Part shown: positions 57,333-64,000 of the stretch, piece by piece
Layout of the letters: every line of letters begins with the position of its first letter
How positions within the stretch are numbered: the first letter of the stretch is position 1
Source of the DNA: a virus
Taxonomy: Duplodnaviria; Heunggongvirae; Uroviricota; Caudoviricetes
Direction: 5' to 3' (one strand)
IMG/VR virus record: IMGVR_UViG_3300021431_002946
Location: 225,291 to 289,290 of that record
Length of the DNA stretch: 64,000 nt
Translations under genes and position numbers: made by a program
The notes under the pieces: generated by a model
The model's database searches: none
What the model was told of the DNA's origin: nothing
The model's input: only the letters and a program-made list of their open reading frames with translations

Positions 57333-57450
57333 TGCGAGACACTTGCAAATTACAAGGCTTGCCCGCTAAAGTAATTGAAGTGAGGAAGTGTGAAAACTTG
57401 ATGGAAGGGCAAATAAGTCAAGGGGAGATGGTTCGAATCCATCCTCGCAG
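57333..57450 (+). ncRNA. tRNA-like RNA (acceptor plus T-arm, non-tRNA interior)
   Basis: UGCGAG/CUCGCA; GAUGG-UUCGAAU-CCAUC; UUGCCC/GGGCAA interior helix. Confidence 0.5.
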
Positions 57451-57454
57451 TTAT

Positions 57455-57531
57455 GCCGCAGTGATGCAACTGGCAGACATTGCGCACTTAAAATGCGTAT
57501 TCTGCGGGTTCGAAGCCCGCCTGCGGTACCA
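57455..57531 (+). tRNA. tRNA-Leu(UAA), short variable loop
   Basis: Cloverleaf, CCA. Confidence 0.9.
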
Positions 57532-57535
57532 AAAT

Positions 57536-57610
57536 GGCTCTATGGTATAATGGCTATTATGACGGATTGTCTCTCCGTAGATCGGGGTTCAATTCCCCGT
57601 AGAGTCGCCA
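57536..57610 (+). tRNA. tRNA-Asp(GUC)
   Basis: Cloverleaf, GCCA. Confidence 0.92.
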
Positions 57611-57714
57611 ATAAGAGAAATAACCGTAGTCTTGTAGCCGAGGCTATAGGGGAGATTATATTAGAGATAGGTAGCTACTATCCAAATATAGTTTCTATTT
57701 CTCTTTTTAAATAT

Positions 57715-57791
57715 GGCCCCATCTTCTAATTGGTTTAGGAAACTAGATTCTCAATCTAGAAATACGAGTTCGATTCTCGTTGGGGTTACCA
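57715..57791 (+). tRNA. tRNA-Glu(CUC)
   Basis: Cloverleaf, CCA. Confidence 0.9.
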
Positions 57792-57797
57792 TTATAA

Positions 57798-57874
57798 GCC
57801 TCTATGATGCAAAAGGTAGACATATTTGTTTCAGAGACAAATTTTTCTCAGTTCGATTCTGAGTAGAGGTACCA
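57798..57874 (+). tRNA. tRNA-Leu(CAG), short variable loop
   Basis: UUUGU-UUCAGAG-ACAAA, CCA. Confidence 0.85.
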
Positions 57875-57876
57875 TC

Positions 57877-57998
57877 TGCTGTATAGTTTAACGGCAAATA
57901 ATTATCTATTGGTACTGAATTATGACAATAGCTATGATTATAGAACGGCACTATTTTGTCAGGTGTTGATACCTGTTCGACTCAGGTTATAGCGACCA
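57877..57998 (+). ncRNA. tRNA-like RNA with D-loop insertion and aberrant anticodon arm
   Basis: Acceptor UGCUGUA/UAUAGCG plus ACCA; ACCUG-UUCGACU-CAGGU. Confidence 0.55.
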
Positions 57999-58004
57999 AA
58001 AAAT

Positions 58005-58080
58005 GCTTCTATAACTCAATTGGTAGAGTGATTGTTTCGTAAACAATAAGCTAGGAGTTCGAGTCTCCTTAGAAGCTCCA
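58005..58080 (+). tRNA. tRNA-Thr(CGU)
   Basis: Cloverleaf, CCA. Confidence 0.92.
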
Positions 58081-58127
58081 ATGAAAGTATATTTAATTAT
58101 ACAAATATTATAAAGAGGTATAATTAT

Positions 58128-58400
58128 ATGAATAATACATTTGGTGTTTTTAATATAGAAACAAAAGAGCTTTTTCAATTTGATAAATATGAAGATGCTT
58201 TAAATGGTTATATGCAACTTGTTATAGAACATGTAAAGCATGAAGATCATAGATTAGCTCCAGATTGGTATTTAGTTTATATTAATGATGGAAAAATAGT
58301 TCAATTTGAACAATTTAATTGGAATACATATTGTAGAAATGTTGATCTTGATAAATTAAAAGAAATTGATAAATACAAACTTGAAAATAGAATTTTTTAA
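58128..58400 (+). CDS. hypothetical protein within tRNA array
   Basis: GAGG RBS, promoter-like motif upstream. Confidence 0.7.
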   Translation: MNNTFGVFNIETKELFQFDKYEDALNGYMQLVIEHVKHEDHRLAPDWYLVYINDGKIVQFEQFNWNTYCRNVDLDKLKEIDKYKLENRIF

Positions 58401-58423
58401 CTGGAATTATTTCCAGTAAAAAT

Positions 58424-58501
58424 GCTTGGGTGCCGGAGTGGTCGATCGGCGTGGTCTGCAAAACCATCGTTTCGTGGGTTCGAATCCCACCTCAAGCTCC
58501 A
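58424..58501 (+). tRNA. tRNA-Cys(GCA)
   Basis: Cloverleaf, UCCA. Confidence 0.92.
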
Positions 58502-58505
58502 ATAT

Positions 58506-58580
58506 GCCTCTGTAGCACAACGGAAATGCAGCACTCTTCTAAAGTGTAGATTGCAGGTTCGAATCCTGTCAGAGGTGCCA
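58506..58580 (+). tRNA. tRNA-Arg(UCU)
   Basis: Cloverleaf, GCCA. Confidence 0.92.
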
Positions 58581-58876
58581 TTGTGTGTAGTTTAAAAAGG
58601 TGCCAAAAAGTAAATCCTTAAAATAAAATACTTCTAGCGCAGAAGAGATATTAGTTGGAAACACTAATCATGCAAGCCATTAATTATTTACTTTTATTTA
58701 TTAATTTATTATAATAATTATGTTTAATCAATAGAGAAATCTATTATTAAATACCAGTCGAAAGTATGCAAGAATCACAAGCAGCTGGGGGTCCAAGCCT
58801 GGCATCCATAAAAGATTAAGTGCACATGTGTCTTAATGGATAACGTTGGGGTAGTGTCCAGCCTTTCACACCAAAT

Positions 58877-58949
58877 CGGGGTGTAGCGCAGTTGGTAGCG
58901 CACGTGCTTTGGGAGCATGGGGCCGCAGGTTCAAGTCCTGTCACTCCGA
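58877..58949 (+). tRNA. tRNA-Pro(UGG), CCA not encoded
   Basis: Canonical cloverleaf. Confidence 0.92.
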
Positions 58950-59303
58950 CTTTGAATATAATATAGGGAGCGTTAATTTAATTAATGAGATAATAATAGC
59001 TTTATTAAGCTATATTGTATTTTAAGCAAATAAGAATATCTATTTAAAAGTTTGATAAGTTCTTTTTAAAAATTTATTACCAAGACAAAGAAAAGTCTTT
59101 AAAACACCTGGCCGGACCAAGTTCCTATTTATAGGTCACCAATGATAATACTTGGAAGAGGTCCACCATCTAAGATAGGTAAAGTCAAGAGAACTCCAGG
59201 GAAAATCTCTGCAGAAGAGGGTTGTGCCTCTTCATTTTATAGCAGGAATTCCAATTCTTGCAATCAAAAAGTTTGTTAGGTTCTTTTTAAAAACCTATCA
59301 CCA

Positions 59304-59484
59304 GTAGAGGCGTGCTGATAAATTCAGCGTGCGGGTTCGAATCCCGTCTACTTCATCAAATATGGTTGAGTTTCGTAGGTAGTAACGAGCCTGATGAAGT
59401 TCAGGTACGGCGGCAGGTGCAAATCCTCCCCAACCACCAAAAATGAAGTAGTGGTGAAACGGCAAACACCGCCTCGTTCCCAAA
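59304..59484 (+). ncRNA. candidate circularly permuted class II tRNA: 3' half 59304-59355, 5' half 59445-59484
   Basis: GAAGUAG/CUACUUC acceptor and GCCUC/GAGGC anticodon stem form only across the permuted halves. Confidence 0.55.
59364..59439 (+). pseudogene. atypical tRNA-like element nested between the permuted halves
   Basis: GGUUG/CAACC plus ACCA, D-arm, CCUGA/UCAGG with 6-nt loop, T-loop UGCAAAU. Confidence 0.5.
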
Positions 59485-59519
59485 GAGTTTGGTAGGTTCT
59501 CTTTAAAAACTTATTGCCA

Positions 59520-59672
59520 GAAAGAATGGTGTAAAAGTAGTTTGTACCTGTTATTAAATTGGCGCCAAACAATGATAGAGTACAGCGGCTACTACTATAC
59601 GAAGCTGGTATAGTGAACACAGTTGGATGTTGTGTCCAAATGATGTTAGTTCGAGTCTGACTTCTTTCACCA
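59520..59672 (+). ncRNA. expanded tRNA-like RNA (153 nt)
   Basis: GAAAGAA/UUCUUUC plus ACCA; GUUAG-UUCGAGU-CUGAC T-arm; multi-hairpin interior. Confidence 0.6.
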
Positions 59673-59834
59673 ATGAGGTAGATCCCAAGTACCTCTTTTA
59701 GAAAAACCTTGGCGTGGAGATACTGTATAGCACACGAAATAACGGCAGTACATAGGAGAAGCAGAACTTCTAACAGTATTCATACGGATGAACGTGATCT
59801 AAGAGGTTTACGACAAACAAATCTGCATTAATAT

Positions 59835-60023
59835 GAAGTAGTGGCGGAATAGACATAAGATTTGGCACACAATGGTATCTTATGTGATAGTAAACGCAAG
59901 GCTGGAATGTGTATGCTCATTAAGAGTGCAAGTTCGAGTGAAAGGCTCGATGAGGTTGGCAGAGTAACCGACACACGACATTTGGCTAACTGTCTTGTTA
60001 GGTGCAAATCCTAACCTACTTCA
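59835..60023 (+). ncRNA. expanded tRNA-like RNA (189 nt)
   Basis: GAAGUAG/CUACUUC; D-loop insert ACAUAAGAU/AUCUUAUGU; three-hairpin domain in place of anticodon; GUUAGG-UGCAAAU-CCUAAC. Confidence 0.6.
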
Positions 60024-60121
60024 TTAAAATCTTAAAATTATATATTTTATCTTACATTAAATAGTTTTAAGATAAAGTTATCGATATTGGTCTTGACTAC
60101 TTAGGTTAAAGTATCAAATAT

Positions 60122-60197
60122 GCCTATGTATTCCAATGGCAGAGAAAGTCGGCTTAGAACCGATACAGTGAGGGTTCGACTCCCTTCATAGGTACCA
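60122..60197 (+). tRNA. tRNA-Leu(UAG), short variable loop
   Basis: Cloverleaf, CCA. Confidence 0.9.
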
Positions 60198-60201
60198 TAT
60201 A

Positions 60202-60338
60202 AATAGTTGGCTGTTTTTAGTAATAGAAGCTTAGCTCAGACGAAAAAACTTGCAACTATTAAATTTATAAACCTGATAATTGGGTGATTGTTTTTAGTGG
60301 AGAAACTTGTTGTTCCTACGAAAAAGCTTGCACCCAAT
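60202..60338 (+). repeat. two tandem copies of a structured motif (60202-60260, 60279-60338)
   Basis: Different closing stems around shared TGTTTTTAGT...ACGAAAAA(A/G)CTTG. Confidence 0.55.
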
Positions 60339-60378
60339 AAATTTAAAAGATCTATATATGAAAGAAAGGAGTTAATAT

Positions 60379-60963
60379 ATGAAAAATATATTTGCTTACA
60401 ATAAATCAGATATAGATGATGATGGAAAATTATATCAAAAATATCTTAATAAAGGTATTAATTCTAGAAAAGAAAATATTAAATTTGATTTAACTTTTGA
60501 AGAATTTATATTTTTAGTGAGAGACGCAAAATTAAAGTCTTCTCAATTAGGATATACTGGTGAAAAATATGTATTAGCTAGATATGGTGATAAAGGTGGT
60601 TATACAGTAGATAATTGTCGTTTTATTACTCAAAAAGAAAATGCAGCTGAAAAAGTTGTAACTGAAAAATCAAGAAGAGCAAGTAGAATGAATGTAAGAT
60701 CTGCATTTCAAGCAGCTGTACAAGATCCTTTATATAGACAGAAAGTTTCTGCTGGAATTAGAAAAAGTGAATCATATAAAATAAGAGCTGAAAAAGCAAA
60801 ATTAAGAAAAGAATTATATGATGCTACAAAAGATAAAAGGTATTCTGGTGAGCATAATTCTCAAACTGGAACCTTTTGGATTACAAATGGAAATATAAAT
60901 AAAAAATGGAGACCTAGTAAAGGTGAATTACCTGAAGGTTTTTATAAAGGTAGAGTTATGTAA
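60379..60963 (+). CDS. free-standing HNH-like endonuclease
   Basis: LARYGDKGGYTVDNCRFITQKEN; C-terminal FWITNG...PEGFYKGR module. Confidence 0.65.
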   Translation: MKNIFAYNKSDIDDDGKLYQKYLNKGINSRKENIKFDLTFEEFIFLVRDAKLKSSQLGYTGEKYVLARYGDKGGYTVDNCRFITQKENAAEKVVTEKSRRASRMNVRSAFQAAVQDPLYRQKVSAGIRKSESYKIRAEKAKLRKELYDATKDKRYSGEHNSQTGTFWITNGNINKKWRPSKGELPEGFYKGRVM

Positions 60964-60974
60964 GGAGTAACGTT

Positions 60975-61142
60975 ATGAAAAATGAATTTGATATAGTTTA
61001 TGATAAGCATTGTAGTAAATGTCATTTAAGACATAGTAATAATTGTGAATATAAAAATTGTTCAGAAGAACAATATAAAGAATGGTTAAAAGAAGCTCGT
61101 CATAATATAACAGATACATATTTTGATGGAAATTTTGGTTAA
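60975..61142 (+). CDS. small Cys/His-rich protein (55 aa)
   Basis: AAGGAG RBS; HCSKC...C...C. Confidence 0.55.
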   Translation: MKNEFDIVYDKHCSKCHLRHSNNCEYKNCSEEQYKEWLKEARHNITDTYFDGNFG

Positions 61143-61246
61143 TTCAAAATTTTTTTTTTAAAAATAGCAAAAATTAGTTTATTTTTAAATTTGAATGTGA
61201 TATAATAAATTTTATATTTTATACTATAAAAAAAATATTTAAGTAT

Positions 61247-61322
61247 ATCCAGCTAGTTTAATTGGTAAAACACCGGCCTCCAAATCCGGGTAATATGGGT
61301 TCGAGTCCTATGCTGGGTGCCA
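61247..61322 (+). tRNA. tRNA-Trp(CCA)
   Basis: Cloverleaf, GCCA. Confidence 0.9.
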
Positions 61323-61439
61323 AAAACAGTAAAGTGATATTTATTTAATTTATTTAAGAGGACATTTTAATATTTAATTATAAGTCTAGAATTATAATTG
61401 AGGAAGAAAACGATCAGAAATTTAAATTAATAAATATTT

Positions 61440-61511
61440 GATTAGTGGTGCAATAGGTAGCACGCAGATGGTTAAGGCGCCGAGATGATAGGTTCGAATC
61501 CTTCCTAATCA
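61440..61511 (+). pseudogene. degenerate tRNA (no proper anticodon arm)
   Basis: D-arm, T-loop and partial acceptor stem. Confidence 0.4.
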
Positions 61512-61572
61512 CTGTTTTAATTCAAAAAGTTATTTACATAAAGGTATATTTAATTTATAATAAAGATAATAT

Positions 61573-61646
61573 TCTCCGGTCATTCAAAGGTAGGATAGAT
61601 GACTGTTAATCATTCAATGAAGGTTCGATTCCTTCTCGAGGAGCCA
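61573..61646 (+). tRNA. tRNA-Asn(GUU), near-duplicate of 55637
   Basis: Near-identical sequence; acceptor stem partly disrupted. Confidence 0.8.
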
Positions 61647-61758
61647 GAGGTTTTGATTGAATAACCTGTAAATCTATTATAGAATGTCGCAGAAATCTTA
61701 ATAGTAAAATTCAATTAGGAGTTTGTTAGGTATCTTCTCTACTAAAAAATCTACAAAT

Positions 61759-61835
61759 CGATACGTAGCTCAGTAGGTTAGAGCAGGGGTCTTATAAACC
61801 TCAGGTCGGTGGTTCGAGTCCACTCGTATCGACCA
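61759..61835 (+). tRNA. tRNA-Ile(UAU)
   Basis: Loop CUUAUAA, CCA. Confidence 0.9.
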
Positions 61836-61889
61836 ATTTTTAATAAAATATTTTTATACTTATAAAATTATTCAAATTAATTTAATAAT

Positions 61890-61964
61890 GGTGATCTTGG
61901 TGTAGCGGTAGCATTACAGATTGTGGCTCTGTCGGTACGAGTTCAACCCTCGTAGTTCACCCCA
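61890..61964 (+). tRNA. tRNA-His(GUG)
   Basis: G-1, C73, CCA. Confidence 0.9.
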
Positions 61965-61974
61965 CTTTATATAT

Positions 61975-62049
61975 GGTTCCATAGGCTAATGGATAAACTT
62001 ATCGGCTACGGACCGATAGTTGCGGGTTCAAATCCTGCTGGAATCGCCA
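61975..62049 (+). tRNA. tRNA-Arg(ACG)
   Basis: Cloverleaf, GCCA. Confidence 0.92.
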
Positions 62050-62227
62050 TTAAACTTAATTTAATACTTTTTTGCTAGTTTTATGTATTAAATTTAATAT
62101 ATAAGTTTTTGTTGTTTGTGTAAATAGTAATTTGTCAAATCGTAATCGTTTTATCCTTTCAAAATGTAAAAACTAGCATTTAGTATTTATTACTATAAAT
62201 GACAATTAAGGAGAACAAATTTTTTGT

Positions 62228-62761
62228 ATGGAGGAGTTAACTAAAGCAAGTTTAGAATCTATGATTGATATGCAGCATCAATTATTTTCTAATGAATTTA
62301 TTGATAAAGTTATACTTACTCAACAAGGACCAACAATGCAATTAAAAGGAATATCTGATGAGAATTTCTATTTATTAATGCATGAATTATTTGGTGAAGA
62401 GGAAGTTGTATATCAAAATCAAGTAGATGGTAAATATGCATATTTTGAAGGAAATGGTTGTTTATTTATAAATAAACCTGACGGAGAAGGTGAAGTATCA
62501 TCAGATACTTTTAGAAATACTTTTAATTTATTTTATAAAATATGTAGTACATTTAATGATACATTTACTATGTTTAAAGATCTTTTGGATTTTGGTGCAT
62601 ATTCAATGGTACATGATCTAACATCATATAAACCAAGTATTTTTAAACGTATTAAAGGTGAAAAATCTGAATTAGGATTATTAGATCAATTAGGTGTAAG
62701 ATGTAAAGATAGAGATATGGGAATTGAATTTAAATATAACGGAATGTTAGTATATATGTAA
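62228..62761 (+). CDS. hypothetical protein within tRNA array
   Basis: 177-aa ORF, RBS upstream. Confidence 0.65.
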   Translation: MEELTKASLESMIDMQHQLFSNEFIDKVILTQQGPTMQLKGISDENFYLLMHELFGEEEVVYQNQVDGKYAYFEGNGCLFINKPDGEGEVSSDTFRNTFNLFYKICSTFNDTFTMFKDLLDFGAYSMVHDLTSYKPSIFKRIKGEKSELGLLDQLGVRCKDRDMGIEFKYNGMLVYM

Positions 62762-63055
62762 GCCATTTTTCCATTTCTTTTGCAGTTTGCTGGTTCTGCA
62801 AATTCCAATCCATAATAAAACCTCTGTGCTTAATAAAGTCACGCCCCCCATAAAAAAAGAACTGTACAATAAATAAAAACCAGCATTTTAATAAAATTTA
62901 GTTTACTATTTAGAAAATTGTATATAAAATATTATATACTATTATGAATTACGGAACCAGGGTTGAAAAATTCGTTAGAGTAAACTTTTGGTTTGTAAGG
63001 GCATAATATGAAATGAGAAACATTCGAAATTTTTCACTCATGTTATGCCAAGTAC

Positions 63056-63131
63056 GCTTTCATAGCTCAGTCGGTAGAGCAATTGATTAGTAATCAATAG
63101 GTCGTGAGTTCAAGTCTCACTGAAAGCTCCA
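63056..63131 (+). tRNA. tRNA-Thr(AGU)
   Basis: AUUGA-UUAGUAA-UCAAU, CCA. Confidence 0.9.
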
Positions 63132-63136
63132 ATTAT

Positions 63137-63230
63137 GGTAAGGTACCGAAATGGTTATAACGGCGCTGTCTTGAAAACAGATGAGCTATCGTGAGATGGC
63201 CTGTGGGTTCGAATCCCACCCTTATCGCCA
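63137..63230 (+). tRNA. tRNA-Ser(UGA)
   Basis: Long variable arm, GCCA. Confidence 0.92.
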
Positions 63231-63377
63231 ATGCTCTAGAAGAATGTAAGTACCTTCTAGTAAAACCTATCCAAGATTAATTTATTCTTACAAATAAATT
63301 AATTAGCCTGGGTCAGTTTAGATGGGTGAAATATATGGACAGCATGTATTTCGAGCTTTTTTCCGCCAGGCATAAAT

Positions 63378-63466
63378 GCAGATGTGGTGTAATCGGTATC
63401 ACAATGGATTGCTAATCCATCCTACGTGTGAACGTAGTGCAGGTTCAAGTCCTGTCGTCTGCGCCA
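63378..63466 (+). tRNA. tRNA-Ser(GCU)
   Basis: Long variable arm, GCCA. Confidence 0.9.
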
Positions 63467-63583
63467 ATAATAATCGTATAGTTTTTGGTAGTTTTTTCTA
63501 TATGATTATTTTTATATATATGAAGTTTTAAGGCATGCCGCTATTCTAGGAAATTTTTATATATATAAAAACTACCATTATAT

Positions 63584-63659
63584 TGAGAATTGGTGAAATT
63601 GGTTATCATATCTGACTCTGACTCAGAAGTTTTAGGTTCAAGTCCTAAATTCTCAGCCA
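63584..63659 (+). tRNA. tRNA-Gln(CUG)
   Basis: U1-A72, GCCA. Confidence 0.92.
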
Positions 63660-63725
63660 TTGCAAAATCTATTTGAAGTTTTGCAAAAATTGCTCTTACA
63701 GTAGATAAATTTATCTACCAAATAT

Positions 63726-63799
63726 CGCAGTGAGGTGCAATTGGTTGCACGCTGGGCTCATAACCCATGAGGTTGCGGGTTCGAATCCCGCCGCTGCAA
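63726..63799 (+). tRNA. initiator tRNA-fMet(CAU), CCA not encoded
   Basis: C1:A72 mismatch, GGG/CCC anticodon stem. Confidence 0.88.
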
Positions 63800-63941
63800 G
63801 ATATACAATGTTTCTGTACCTTGACGTGGTGTATATCCTTTAAACTAAATCAGAAACAGAAATCCAAAATGGTAGTAGTAAGAGCCACCTCCTTAGTACT
63901 TGAGGCAAATATTTTGCTCGTATATTTGCCTCTTTAAATAT

Positions 63942-64000
63942 TCTCGATTGGTGAAATTCGGTAATCACAGTGGACTTTGACTCCACAGTTCTGGGTTCGA
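63942..64000 (+). tRNA. tRNA-Gln(UUG), truncated at window end
   Basis: GUGGA-CUUUGAC-UCCAC, T-loop start. Confidence 0.8.

Noticed and set aside
58790-58825. Twister ribozyme-like GGTCCAAGCC string
   Set aside because: Only a short sequence resemblance; P1/P2 and pseudoknots were not found by eye
59390-59460. Hammerhead ribozyme (CTGATGA ... GAAA)
   Set aside because: No stems I-III could be drawn; CTGATGA is part of a tRNA-like anticodon hairpin

Overview
AT-rich, almost entirely + strand segment of a large dsDNA bacteriophage. Firmicutes-style AAGGAG RBSs and TTTACA-17-TATAAT promoters suggest a Bacillota host (inference); the standard genetic code fits. Layout: (1) 1-15 kb, about 35 short, mostly unknown genes plus HAD, metallophosphoesterase and RuvC-like genes. 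(2) 16.2-23.7 kb, a phage-encoded type I-E CRISPR-Cas locus (cas8e-cas11-cas7-cas5-cas6e, mini-array, cas2-cas3 fusion) with no cas1 in the window. Its five repeats all differ in sequence but keep the same hairpin, and one spacer seed matches the cas operon's own promoter region. (3) 24.7-29.1 kb, an FtsK/SpoIIIE-like ATPase C-half that begins with a split-intein C fragment and is interrupted by four group I introns, two with homing endonucleases. (4) 30.8-48.3 kb, a MoxR/VWA pair, clamp-loader subunits, PhoH, a family-A polymerase split into two genes, dUTPase, dCMP deaminase and a beta-clamp-like gene. (5) 48.6-64 kb, an array of about 53 tRNA genes, one with a group I intron. The array is interleaved with tRNA-derived RNAs: two apparently circularly permuted tRNAs, an anticodon-armless tRNA, expanded tRNA-like RNAs and three families of repeated structured RNA motifs. 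All alignments and folds were done by eye; no database search was run.
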